From contig CAVPVX010000007.1 in the NCBI GenBank assembly GCA_963709345.1, forward strand, positions 256,001-320,000: DNA of 64,000 nucleotides, in the 5' to 3' direction. A program made the translations under genes and the position numbers. The notes below the pieces were generated by a model that was not told the origin of the DNA, made no database searches, and saw only the letters and a list, made by a program, of their open reading frames with translations. How positions within the stretch are numbered: the stretch's first letter is position 1; each line of letters starts with the position of its first letter. Positions 18,546-30,598 of this stretch are shown here, piece by piece. The DNA is from an uncultured Actinomycetes bacterium (lineage in GTDB: Bacteria; Actinomycetota; Thermoleophilia; UBA2241).

Positions 18546-18968
18546 TCAGCCCTCCGCTGCGGGGAGTTGACAGGCACGCACCGCGTCGAACAGGGCGACG
18601 CGCACGTCTCGGGTCGGACACACGGTGCGGATGCCGGCCTGCGCGAAGAGCTCGGCGCGCAGCGGATCGTAGACGCGAGCGACCGCGCACTTGATGCCGT
18701 ACCTCTTCTGGGCGATCTGGGCGATCACGATGTTGGTGTTGTCGCCGTCGGTGCAGGCGACGAAAGCGATGGCGCGCTCGATGCCGGCCCGGCGGAGGGA
18801 ATCCCAGTCGAGCGCCCGGCCGACGACGAACTCGCCGGGGAAGTCGTCACCCAGCAGATGGAAGGCATCCGGGCTGTCGTCGATGATCGAGACGTCGAAA
18901 CCCTGATTGACGAGGTCGCGAGCCAGCCCCGAGCCGACGCGCCCGCAGCCGGCGATGACTACATGCAT
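18546..18968 (-). CDS. TrkA-N (RCK_N only) protein
   Basis: IAGCGRVG, TDGDNTN, ARVYDPLRAE. Confidence 0.88.
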   Translation of the reverse strand: MHVVIAGCGRVGSGLARDLVNQGFDVSIIDDSPDAFHLLGDDFPGEFVVGRALDWDSLRRAGIERAIAFVACTDGDNTNIVIAQIAQKRYGIKCAVARVYDPLRAELFAQAGIRTVCPTRDVRVALFDAVRACQLPAAEG

Positions 18969-18978
18969 GGTTCACCTC

Positions 18979-21162
18979 TCATTGGCGGGCCGATGAGTCA
19001 CCGGCGGAGTGAGGGCCCGGACCGCTGTCGTCGCCCGGCTGCGGCCGGGTGGACGGAGTATCGCCGTCTGCCTCCCCGGACCCCTCGACGGGATACCCCT
19101 TGAGGACGATGTCCAGAAGCACCTCGCAGGGAGCGTGGTCGACCACGTAGTCGGTGGTGCGGCCGAAGACGCGGTCGGCGATGCGCCGCTTGCGCATGGT
19201 CCCGAGGATGATGACCTCCGACCGGCGGATGGCCGCTTCCTCGACGATCGCCTTGCCCGCCGAGCGGGCCGTCACGACGGTGGGCGTGAACTTCACCTTG
19301 AACTGTTTTGCGATGAGCGCCGCGGCGGCGAGGACTCGGTTCGCGCGAGCGCGTTCTTCCACCAGCCGCGCGTCCAGCGGCAGGTTGAGCGGCACCTCGA
19401 TCACGTAGAGGCCGTCGATGGCCGACTTCTTCTCGGTCGCGAGCTGGCAGGCGAGCACCATCATCTCGTCCGTGATCCTGGAGCCGACGATCGGCACGAG
19501 GATCTGATCGTAGTCGATGTCTTCCTGCATCGTCGTCGGCATCTTCGTCCTGCCGACGCTCCGCGTGATCGAGTACCCCCGGGCTCGCCGGTACACGACG
19601 TACATGGCGAGCCCGACCGCGAGCCAGGCGAAGCCGATCAGGCGGCTGTAGCCCTGGAAGGCGACGATGATCAGCCACACGCTGAAGGTGCCGAGGCCGC
19701 CGAAGACCGCCGTGAGCGGCAGGAGGCCGCCGCGGAAACGCACGTTGAACGGCGGCCGCCAGGGCCGCTCGAGGTTCGGCTCCTTGTACCGAAGGACGAT
19801 CAGCGAGACGTGCGCCGCGGTGAACGAGATCATCGAGCCGAACACGTAGAGGTCGGCGAGCAGCCCTATCTTTCCGGGCAGGATGAGCAGGCACGCGACC
19901 GCCCCGAAGACGATGATCGAGATGTACGGCGTCAGGCGCCGGGCGTGCATGCGCGCCAGCACGGGCGGCAGCTGCTTGTGCTGGCCGAGCGAGTAGGTGA
20001 GCCGTGAGACGCCGATGAGCCCGGCGTTGGTCGCGATCAGCAGGATGGTGGCGGCGAGGATCGCGACCCAGGGCGCCAGTACTACCTTGAGCCACCCGAC
20101 GCTCTCGGGCATGAACAGCACCATGCCCAGGACGGGATCCTCCGCGTAGTTGCTGCCCAACTGCGTACCGTAGAGGCGCGTCACGCTCGCGCCGTCCACC
20201 ACCTCGACCTCGCCCTTGGGCTCCTGCGCCGGAATGACCGTGACGTCACCCTGCGTCTCGACAGGCGCGTACACGACGGCTTCCGGGTCGTCGGCGAGCA
20301 CCCACGTCCCCTTGGGCTCGCCCGGGACGACCTCCACAGGAACGGTGAGACCCGTCGCGGAGTCGACCGGTACGGTGTTGGCGCCCACACGCATCACCGA
20401 GAGGCCGGCGAGCGGCATACCGATGTAGACGATCAGTACGACGACGATGACGTAGTTGATGGCGCGCGGGACGTCCCGGCCGGGGTTGGACGCCTCCTCG
20501 GCCATGTTCGACACGGTCTCGATGCCGGTGTAGGCCACGGTGCCGATCGCCAGCCCGTAGAGGAACTCGCGCCACGTGGGCGCCACGCCCCAGTTGATCT
20601 GCTCGATCAGGATGCGAGGCTGGAGAAGCAGGACCAGCGCGATGACCATGATGAGCACCTGGGTCGCGAGATCCAGCATGGCCAGAAGGATGTTGAGCCG
20701 CGCCGCCTCCTTGATGCCGACGACGTTGATGACGACGAGGAGCAGAGCCGCGGCGATGCCCCCGATGGAACTGTACGGCCACTCCTTGAGGATGGGCCAG
20801 AAGTTTGAAAGGTAGAACGGTACGAACAGAGCCGAGATGGCGATGGTGGCGATGTAGACGAGCATCTGCCCCCAGCCGATGCCGAAGCTGACCAGTTCGT
20901 TGAAGGCCCGCCGCGCGAAGCTGGCGGCGCCGCCGGCCTCGGGCATCGCCGCTGTCGCCTCCGCGTAGGTCCAGGCGGTGGTCACGAACAGGACGCCGGT
21001 GATGACGAAGACGAGAGGCGTGGCGCCCATGGCCGCGGCCGCCACCACGCCGAGGGCGTAGTAGATCGATGAGCCGACGTTGCCGTATGCGGTGCTGAAC
21101 AGCGCCGGTACGCCGAGCACCCGGTGCAGATCCTCGCCCTCTCTGTGCTTACGTCGTGCCAT
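18979..21162 (-). CDS. APC-family permease fused to C-terminal universal stress protein domain
   Basis: YGNVGSSIYY, YTGIET, many TM helices; C-terminal ILVP..FGRTTDYVVDHAPCEV. Confidence 0.9.
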   Translation of the reverse strand: MARRKHREGEDLHRVLGVPALFSTAYGNVGSSIYYALGVVAAAAMGATPLVFVITGVLFVTTAWTYAEATAAMPEAGGAASFARRAFNELVSFGIGWGQMLVYIATIAISALFVPFYLSNFWPILKEWPYSSIGGIAAALLLVVINVVGIKEAARLNILLAMLDLATQVLIMVIALVLLLQPRILIEQINWGVAPTWREFLYGLAIGTVAYTGIETVSNMAEEASNPGRDVPRAINYVIVVVLIVYIGMPLAGLSVMRVGANTVPVDSATGLTVPVEVVPGEPKGTWVLADDPEAVVYAPVETQGDVTVIPAQEPKGEVEVVDGASVTRLYGTQLGSNYAEDPVLGMVLFMPESVGWLKVVLAPWVAILAATILLIATNAGLIGVSRLTYSLGQHKQLPPVLARMHARRLTPYISIIVFGAVACLLILPGKIGLLADLYVFGSMISFTAAHVSLIVLRYKEPNLERPWRPPFNVRFRGGLLPLTAVFGGLGTFSVWLIIVAFQGYSRLIGFAWLAVGLAMYVVYRRARGYSITRSVGRTKMPTTMQEDIDYDQILVPIVGSRITDEMMVLACQLATEKKSAIDGLYVIEVPLNLPLDARLVEERARANRVLAAAALIAKQFKVKFTPTVVTARSAGKAIVEEAAIRRSEVIILGTMRKRRIADRVFGRTTDYVVDHAPCEVLLDIVLKGYPVEGSGEADGDTPSTRPQPGDDSGPGPHSAGDSSARQ

Positions 21163-21214
21163 GACCGCTAGCTTCGACCTCCACGTGGATCACGCGTTTC
21201 CGCCTCCGGCGCCA

Positions 21215-21376
21215 TCACGAGAGCATGCGCCAGCGCACCACGCTGAAGGCGACGAGCAGCACTCCGGCGATGAGCTGGACCGATACGGGCCACACCCCGC
21301 CCCACGCCCCACGCGCAATCAGGAGCACCCCAAGTGCCCCGCTGACGATCGTGGTGATCTTTCGTATGGTCCACAT
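21215..21376 (-). CDS. 53-aa two-TM membrane protein
   Basis: MWTIRKITTIVSGALGVLLIARG..LIAGVLLVAFSVVRWRMLS directly upstream of the permease. Confidence 0.55.
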   Translation of the reverse strand: MWTIRKITTIVSGALGVLLIARGAWGGVWPVSVQLIAGVLLVAFSVVRWRMLS

Positions 21377-21502
21377 GGCAAGGGGATGGCCGACCCGCCG
21401 TAGGCGAGCCGGCCGATGTGCTCCGAATCTACCACCCGGAGCACCCTTGGACAAGCAGGGCGCGCAGGCGATCCCGGCACGCCGGCGTGCCGGCCGCCGA
21501 CG

Positions 21503-21539
21503 AAAGCGCGGCGGGCGGCCGAAGGGCCACCCGCCGCGC
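21503..21539 (-). terminator. Intrinsic terminator after hppA
   Basis: gcgcggcgggtggcc-cttc-ggccgcccgccgcgc followed by ttt on the minus strand. Confidence 0.6.
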
Positions 21540-21581
21540 CGTCGACGCGGGGTCTCCCCCACGTTCACACGAGTGATTGCT

Positions 21582-23738
<2,157 letters not shown>

Positions 23739-23802
23739 TGCGTAGCTCCTTTCTACAACCCCTCACCACGCGAGCGTCGGGCGACGCCCGTGGTACTTGC
23801 CC

Positions 23803-24672
<870 letters not shown>

Positions 24673-24941
24673 GACTGCCTCCCTCTCGACAATGCGCCGC
24701 GGGAAGTATACAGGGCTGGCCACCGGGCACAAGCCCGGCACTCCGGGGTGACCGCCATTCGGAAAACGTGACCACATCGCGAGACTGCGACACGGACTCC
24801 ACACTCCCCGCAGTCCGCATCGGCGCCACAAAGCGACCGGAACGGATGAGGTGATAGTCTTCGGTGGCAGACGTGTACGATGACGGTCAGCGAGCCCGGC
24901 CGGCGTGTTCTGCGGCGGGCCTCTCTCGCGCAAAGGAGCGA

Positions 24942-25643
24942 ATGGTGCCGAAGAACAAGGTAGTCCCCATCGCGGAGGCGTTGTCCCACGTCGAGAGCGG
25001 CATGAGCATCGCCGTCGGCGGCTTCATCGGCCAGGGCGACCCGCTCACGATCATCGACCACCTCAAGACCATGGACGTGAGAGACCTCACGCTCTACGCC
25101 AACGACGCCGGCTACCGCGAGCGCGGCATCCTCGAGCTCGCGCGGCAGGGCAAGGTCAGGAAGATCGTCGCCAGCCACGTCGGTACCACCCCGTGGGTCG
25201 GCACGGCGATGATGGAAGGCAAGCTGGAAGTCGAGCCGGTCCCGCAGGGCACGCTGGCCGAGATGATGCGCTGCGGCGGCGCCGGTCTCGGCGGCTTCCT
25301 CACCCCGACCGGCGTCGGCACCATCGCCCAGGACGGCAAGGAGACCGTCGAGCTGGACGGGCGGACGTACATCCTCGTCCCATCCCTGCACTGCGACGTC
25401 GCCATCATCCGCGCCCACCAGGGCGACACCTGGGGCAACCTCACCTACCGCGGCACCTCGCGCAACTTCAACGTGCCGGCCGCGACGTGCGCCGACTACG
25501 TCATCGCCGAGGTCGAGAACCTCTACTGCCTCGGCGAACTGGACCCCAACCACGTGCACACTTCCGGCATCTTCGTCGACGCCGTGGTCCGTGCCGACAT
25601 CGACTACTGCGTGCTGCGTGAGGAGGCGATCACCAGTGTCTGA
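24942..25643 (+). CDS. Acyl/3-oxoacid CoA-transferase subunit A
   Basis: IAVGGF, PQGTLAE, GGFLTPTGVGT, GNLTY, NFN. Confidence 0.92.
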   Translation: MVPKNKVVPIAEALSHVESGMSIAVGGFIGQGDPLTIIDHLKTMDVRDLTLYANDAGYRERGILELARQGKVRKIVASHVGTTPWVGTAMMEGKLEVEPVPQGTLAEMMRCGGAGLGGFLTPTGVGTIAQDGKETVELDGRTYILVPSLHCDVAIIRAHQGDTWGNLTYRGTSRNFNVPAATCADYVIAEVENLYCLGELDPNHVHTSGIFVDAVVRADIDYCVLREEAITSV

Positions 25644-26304
25644 CGCGAAGAGGATCATCGCCGCCCGCGCCGGCGGCGAGCTCAAGGACGGGCAGATCAT
25701 CAACCTGGGCATCGGCCTGCCGACACTCGTGGCGAACTACGTCCCGGCGGGCGTCGACGTCATCATCCAGACCGAGAACGGCGCCATCGGCGTGGGTCCG
25801 CGCCCCGACGAGGGCTGCGAGGACCGCGACCGGGCCAACGCCGGCAACGCGCCGATCACCCTCATCTGCGGCGGCAGCTACTTCGACTCGGCGACCTCCT
25901 TCGGCATGATCCGCGGCGGCCACCTCGACGCCACCTTCCTCGGCACGCTCCAGGTCGACGAAGAGGGAAACATCGCCAACTGGACCGTGCCGGGCAAGAT
26001 GCTCGCCGGCATGGGCGGCGCGATGGACCTCATCACCGGCGCCAAGATCGTGCACATCGTCACGGAGCACTGCTCCAAGGACGGCGCCTCCAAGCTCATG
26101 AAGAAATGCAGCTTCCCGCTCACGGGCGCCAAGGAGTGCGACGTGATCATCACCGAGCGCGCGCTCTTCCGCCGCTACCCGGACAAGGGATTCGTGCTCG
26201 AAGAGGTCGCGAAGGGCTACTCCCTCGACGACATCGCCGCCTGCACCGACATGACCTACACGGTGGCCGACGACGTGAAGCTCGACGCGTACGGAGGGGC
26301 CTGA
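25636..26304 (+). CDS. Acyl/3-oxoacid CoA-transferase subunit B
   Basis: NLGIGLPT, QTENG (catalytic Glu), IRGGHLD, GMGGAMDL. Confidence 0.92.
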   Translation: MSDAKRIIAARAGGELKDGQIINLGIGLPTLVANYVPAGVDVIIQTENGAIGVGPRPDEGCEDRDRANAGNAPITLICGGSYFDSATSFGMIRGGHLDATFLGTLQVDEEGNIANWTVPGKMLAGMGGAMDLITGAKIVHIVTEHCSKDGASKLMKKCSFPLTGAKECDVIITERALFRRYPDKGFVLEEVAKGYSLDDIAACTDMTYTVADDVKLDAYGGA

Positions 26305-26333
26305 CGCCGCAGGCGATCAGGCACACGAGTCCG

Positions 26334-26380
26334 GCGGACGGCCGGCGTCTCCTCGCGGAGCCGCCGGCCGTCCGCGTTTT
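26334..26380 (+). terminator. Intrinsic terminator
   Basis: gcggacggccggcg ... cgccggccgtccgc followed by gtttt. Confidence 0.7.
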
Positions 26381-26439
26381 CGTCCATCCGCCACGCGGTA
26401 TCTGTCCTGCACGAGCGCACACCGCGAAGGGAGCACGCC

Positions 26440-26643
26440 GTGACCAAGCTGAAGAACGACTTCAGCCGCAAGGAGTGGAAGGACTGTTGCGGCAAAGGCT
26501 GCAAGAAGTGCGACATCGCCCAGGCGTACATCGGCGAGTACGGCCGCAAAGCGGGTCTCGAGAAGCTGAACGCCGACCGCAAGAGAGTCAAGAAGGGCGG
26601 CAAGAAGAACAAGAAGGGCGGCAAGAAGAAGGTGAAGGCCTGA
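26440..26643 (+). CDS. Small Lys-rich protein with CCGxGCxxC motif
   Basis: RBS aagggag; 67 aa with 20 Lys; strong AAG/GGC codon usage. Confidence 0.75.
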   Translation: MTKLKNDFSRKEWKDCCGKGCKKCDIAQAYIGEYGRKAGLEKLNADRKRVKKGGKKNKKGGKKKVKA

Positions 26644-26665
26644 CGCCGGGCCACGGGGCCTGCCG

Positions 26666-28243
26666 GTGACGCTCGCCGCGGCAGCGCACGACGGCGCGTC
26701 CTCCGAGACCGTCGCCTACCTGGACATCGGCACCAACAGCGCGCGCCTCATGGTGGTACGCATCGAGGCCGACCGCTCGTGGAGCGTGGTGACGATGCAG
26801 AAGGAGTCCGTGCGCCTCGGCGAGGGCGAATTCGGCGAGACCCGCGCGCTCCGGCCGGAAGCCATGGAGCGCGCGGCTGCCGTGTGTGCCCGCTTCGCCG
26901 ACCTCGCGCGGGTGCACCGCGCCACCCGCTTCGTCGCCGTGGCCACCGCCGCTACGCGCGAGGCCGGGAACCGGGCGGAGTTCGTGCGCCTCCTGCGAGA
27001 GACCGCCGGCCTCGACCTGCGCGTGGTCTCCGGCAAGGAGGAGGCGCGCCTCGTGTACCTGGGCGTGCTCAGCCGCGTCCACGTCGACGGGCGTGCCCTC
27101 GTCATCGATATCGGTGGCGGAAGCACCGAGATCGCCGTCGGCGACGCCGACGGAGCCGACCTTGTCGATTCCATCGCCCTGGGCGCCATCCGCCTGACGG
27201 CGGAATCTCCCCCGCCGCGACGTGACGGTAGCGTGCCGGCCCCGGCATACGACGAGATGAGACACCGCGTGCGCCTGGCCGGGGCCCACGCGCTGCGCGC
27301 CCTCGGGCGGCCCGGCGCCGCGGCCTACGCCACGTCGGGCACGGCGGTGAACCTCGCCGCTGTCGCCGCCAAGTCCCTGCATGACCGCACCCCGCACCGA
27401 GACGAGCCGCTCACGCGCGCCGATCTCCGCACGCTGGCGAAGCGCCTCCGCACCATGTCCGCGGACGAACGACGGCGCGTGCCCGGGCTGACGCCGGCGC
27501 GAGCCGACATCGTCGTGGCCGGCGCCGCGATACTCGAGACGCTCATGGACGAGCTCAGGCTCGGGCAGGTGACGGCGCTCGACGACTGCGGCCTGCGCGA
27601 GGGCCTGCTCCTGGACGACCTTGCGCGCGGCGACCACGGCGAGAGCTTCCTGGAGACCGGCGTGCGCGAGCGCAGCGTCCTGCAACTGGCACGCGCAACG
27701 TCGTTCGACGAGGCGCACGCCCGCCACGTCGCCGCGCTCGCCCTCGAGCTCTTCGACAGCGCCCGAGACGCCGGCCTGCACCATCTCGGTCCGCATGAAC
27801 GGGAACTGCTCGGATACGCGGCGCTGCTGCACGACATCGGCACGTTCCTCAGCTACACCCGCCATCATCAGCACACCTACTACCTGGTGAGGAACGCCGA
27901 GCTCGTCGGCTTCGACCAGAACGAGATCGGCATCCTCGCCGCGACGACGTACTTCCACCGCAAGGCCCGACCGGCCGGCCGGTACGAGGCGTTCACGGAC
28001 CTCGACCGGGCGTCGCGCAAGGTGGTGCGCAGACTCAGCGCGTACCTGCGCCTCGCGGAGTATCTTGACCGCGGGCACACGGGGTCGGTCGCGCACGCCC
28101 GTCTGTCCGGCGCGACGGACGGCGCGCTGCGTCTGGAGCTGACCCCGGCAGGCGATTGGCGCCTGGAGCGCTGGGCTCTCGAGCGCCGCCGGGAGAGCCT
28201 CGAGAAAGCCCTCGGCAAGAGACTCGAGACCGTGGTCGTCTGA
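26666..28243 (+). CDS. ppx: Ppx/GppA exopolyphosphatase with HD domain
   Basis: DIGTNS, VRLG, ATAATREA, EEAR, DIGGGSTE, GLREG, LLHDIG. Confidence 0.93.
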   Translation: MTLAAAAHDGASSETVAYLDIGTNSARLMVVRIEADRSWSVVTMQKESVRLGEGEFGETRALRPEAMERAAAVCARFADLARVHRATRFVAVATAATREAGNRAEFVRLLRETAGLDLRVVSGKEEARLVYLGVLSRVHVDGRALVIDIGGGSTEIAVGDADGADLVDSIALGAIRLTAESPPPRRDGSVPAPAYDEMRHRVRLAGAHALRALGRPGAAAYATSGTAVNLAAVAAKSLHDRTPHRDEPLTRADLRTLAKRLRTMSADERRRVPGLTPARADIVVAGAAILETLMDELRLGQVTALDDCGLREGLLLDDLARGDHGESFLETGVRERSVLQLARATSFDEAHARHVAALALELFDSARDAGLHHLGPHERELLGYAALLHDIGTFLSYTRHHQHTYYLVRNAELVGFDQNEIGILAATTYFHRKARPAGRYEAFTDLDRASRKVVRRLSAYLRLAEYLDRGHTGSVAHARLSGATDGALRLELTPAGDWRLERWALERRRESLEKALGKRLETVVV

Positions 28244-28266
28244 CCGCCGGAGCCGGTCTGCCTGCG

Positions 28267-30117
28267 TCAGATCTCGGCGATCACCGTTGCCAGCTTACGG
28301 CTGAAATCGCTGCCGGCCACGATCGGCCAGACGTCGGGGAACCCGAGGACGAGGCCCTCCATCTCTTCCTGCCGCGCCGCCAGGTAGCGCGCGGCGCCGG
28401 GCGCCACGATCACCTCGATGGGACCCGGCAGGTCGTGCCCGGCATGGCGCCACGTCCCCCAGGTGATGTAGTCCCGCAGAACGCCGCTGGTGACCACGGC
28501 GTCCTGCAGGTCGCCGAGGTGGTCCTGCAGCCGCTTGACGCGCTTGATCAGCGGGCGGGCGCCCGGGCCGAGCACGCCCTCGAAGAACTCGAGCGTGTAC
28601 CGCAGGCCCTTGCACGCCTTGCGCAGCGCGTGGAACTGGGGAAGCGGGGTCTCGAGACCGCCGAACTGCCCCTCGAAGGCCCAGACCACGGCCATGTCCT
28701 TGTAGAGGACGCCGGGCAGGACCTGCGCGACGCGCTGGGGGCGCGGACCCGCGACCTCTCGCGGGGCGAGCGCCTCCACGGGGCAGTCGAGCAGTTCCGT
28801 CGCCCTCTCGACGAAAGCCCGATAGCGGCGTCCGTCGAGGTAGGTGACGAGATGCTCTCGCTGCCGGTCGCGCTCGGCCTTCCACGCCGCGAGCAGGCCG
28901 TCAAGGTCGCCGGCGCGATCGTCGGGAAGCCCGTCCAGATACACCTGGGTCTTCTCGTTGAAGACGTCGAGGTCGCGGACCGCGCCGAGCGTGCGCCCGG
29001 TGCGCCGCAGGCCTTTGAGGACCGGACGCAGCACCTGCGGGTCGAGGTAGTCGGCGAAGACGCGGAGCGCCATGCGCATGCGCCGCGTGGAGACGCGCAT
29101 GTCGTGGAGCTCCTCGGGATCCTCGCCGAGCCGCGTGCCCTCTTCGTGCTCGAGCATCTTCGCGAGGTGAAAGTGCAGCGTCTTGGCCGCGGCCTCCGTC
29201 ATCGTGTCCGACGGCAGGATGTCCGGGCGCTTCTTCTGCGCCGCGGCCGGGGCGGCCGCCGAGGCCGCGCCGGGATCGACGGCCTCGTCGCCGTAGATGC
29301 CCACGCGCTCCACACGGTAGCGCGCCAGCCAGTAGCGCACGCGCCGGTCGGACAGGCCGGCGATGCGCCCCGCCTCCACCTGCGACAGCCCGCGGTCGAG
29401 CGCCAGGAGCGCCTGGGCACGGCGAGCGCGCGCTCCCTCACCGGCGGCGTGCATCTCGTGAAGCGAGCGCTCCTCCGGCGTGAAGAGGATGCCGTCGTCA
29501 GCGGCGCCCGCCAACTCGAGAGCGCGCGTGAACTTGGCGCGGCCTTCGGAGATCAGGTCCCACTCGTCGCGCAGCACGATCGCGAGAGCCGTGACGTCGT
29601 CTTCGGTGCCGTGGCCGCGCGCCTCTACCTCGACCTCGAGCCAGGCGCGCTCGCCATCGGGCGTCGCGGCGGTCACCCGGTCGAGGCTGAGCTCAGCGGT
29701 CTCCCGGCCGTCCCGGCTCACCACCCTGGCTGTGCGGACCTGGGCCAGCGTGAGCAGCGGCTCGAGCGGCTCGCCGGCGGCCAGCAGTTCGACCCGTTCG
29801 CGGAGCGGACCCTCAGGCCACTCCGCAACGGGCACGTCGGCCGCGACCAGCGCCTCGAGTTCTTCGCGGCGCAGCACACCCTCGGACGGTGCTGCCAACT
29901 GCTTGAGCGTGAAGCGCACGCCGTCACCGGTCTCACGCCGGCGGAAGTAGTACCCCGAACCGAGGAAGCGCCGCTCCGGCGTGTCGAGAAACGTGTCGCG
30001 GTCGTGACGCGTCTCGCCGGGCGCGATGTCGTAGCCGGCGAGCGTCTCCGCCGCCTCGAGGCGCGCGAACACGGCGTCGTCCGGCACGAGGAACTTGGCT
30101 TCGACCTCCATCGTCAT
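28267..30117 (-). CDS. CYTH + HTH + CHAD domain protein
   Basis: EVEAKF, DT, EVEVE (CYTH); central HTH; LHDMRVSTRRMR, RDLDV, HALRKACKGLRY, LQDHLGDLQD (CHAD). Confidence 0.88.
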   Translation of the reverse strand: MTMEVEAKFLVPDDAVFARLEAAETLAGYDIAPGETRHDRDTFLDTPERRFLGSGYYFRRRETGDGVRFTLKQLAAPSEGVLRREELEALVAADVPVAEWPEGPLRERVELLAAGEPLEPLLTLAQVRTARVVSRDGRETAELSLDRVTAATPDGERAWLEVEVEARGHGTEDDVTALAIVLRDEWDLISEGRAKFTRALELAGAADDGILFTPEERSLHEMHAAGEGARARRAQALLALDRGLSQVEAGRIAGLSDRRVRYWLARYRVERVGIYGDEAVDPGAASAAAPAAAQKKRPDILPSDTMTEAAAKTLHFHLAKMLEHEEGTRLGEDPEELHDMRVSTRRMRMALRVFADYLDPQVLRPVLKGLRRTGRTLGAVRDLDVFNEKTQVYLDGLPDDRAGDLDGLLAAWKAERDRQREHLVTYLDGRRYRAFVERATELLDCPVEALAPREVAGPRPQRVAQVLPGVLYKDMAVVWAFEGQFGGLETPLPQFHALRKACKGLRYTLEFFEGVLGPGARPLIKRVKRLQDHLGDLQDAVVTSGVLRDYITWGTWRHAGHDLPGPIEVIVAPGAARYLAARQEEMEGLVLGFPDVWPIVAGSDFSRKLATVIAEI

Positions 30118-30596
30118 CCACTCCCCAGAAGGGGCGGCGTGAGCAGCCACACGAGCTCTCCGCCGCCGGGTCGCGGAGCGTCGAGGTCGACCCTCGCCAG
30201 CCCGCCTTTCTTCAGCACCACCGCGCCGCCGCCGATGAGCTCGCCGACGGTGGCGCTGAGGTCGGGTTCGTGCCCGACCACCATCAGGGACTCGACGGGA
30301 GCATACGCCGCGATCAGCTTCGCCAGACGGCGCACGTCGAATCCGTGCGCGAGAGCGGCATCCTCGGAGGGGCTCTCGCCGAGACCGAGCTCGCCGGCGA
30401 CGATCTCGGCCGTCCGCCGGGCGCGCGCCAGAGGGCTGGTCACGATCCGCTCGACGGTGACGCCCATCTCCTTCAGCGCGCGCGCTTCGCGACGCATCGC
30501 CGCTTCGCCCTCGGGCGTCAGCGGCCGCTCGTCGTCGTCGCCGACCCACGCGGCTCGCCCGCCTGCCTTCCCGTGACGCAGGACGTACAGCCGCAT
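30114..30596 (-). CDS. sixA: Phosphohistidine phosphatase SixA
   Basis: LRHGKA, RPLT, SPLARARRTA, VGHEP. Confidence 0.9.
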   Translation of the reverse strand: MRLYVLRHGKAGGRAAWVGDDDERPLTPEGEAAMRREARALKEMGVTVERIVTSPLARARRTAEIVAGELGLGESPSEDAALAHGFDVRRLAKLIAAYAPVESLMVVGHEPDLSATVGELIGGGAVVLKKGGLARVDLDAPRPGGGELVWLLTPPLLGSG

Positions 30597-30598
30597 CA

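Noticed and set aside
21377-21581. c-di-AMP (ydaO) riboswitch upstream of the K+ transport genes
   Set aside because: Conserved ydaO motifs not found; only a terminator-like hairpin
29293-29490. Active IS630 element
   Set aside because: No DDE domain or terminal inverted repeats; the HTH is in frame within the host gene
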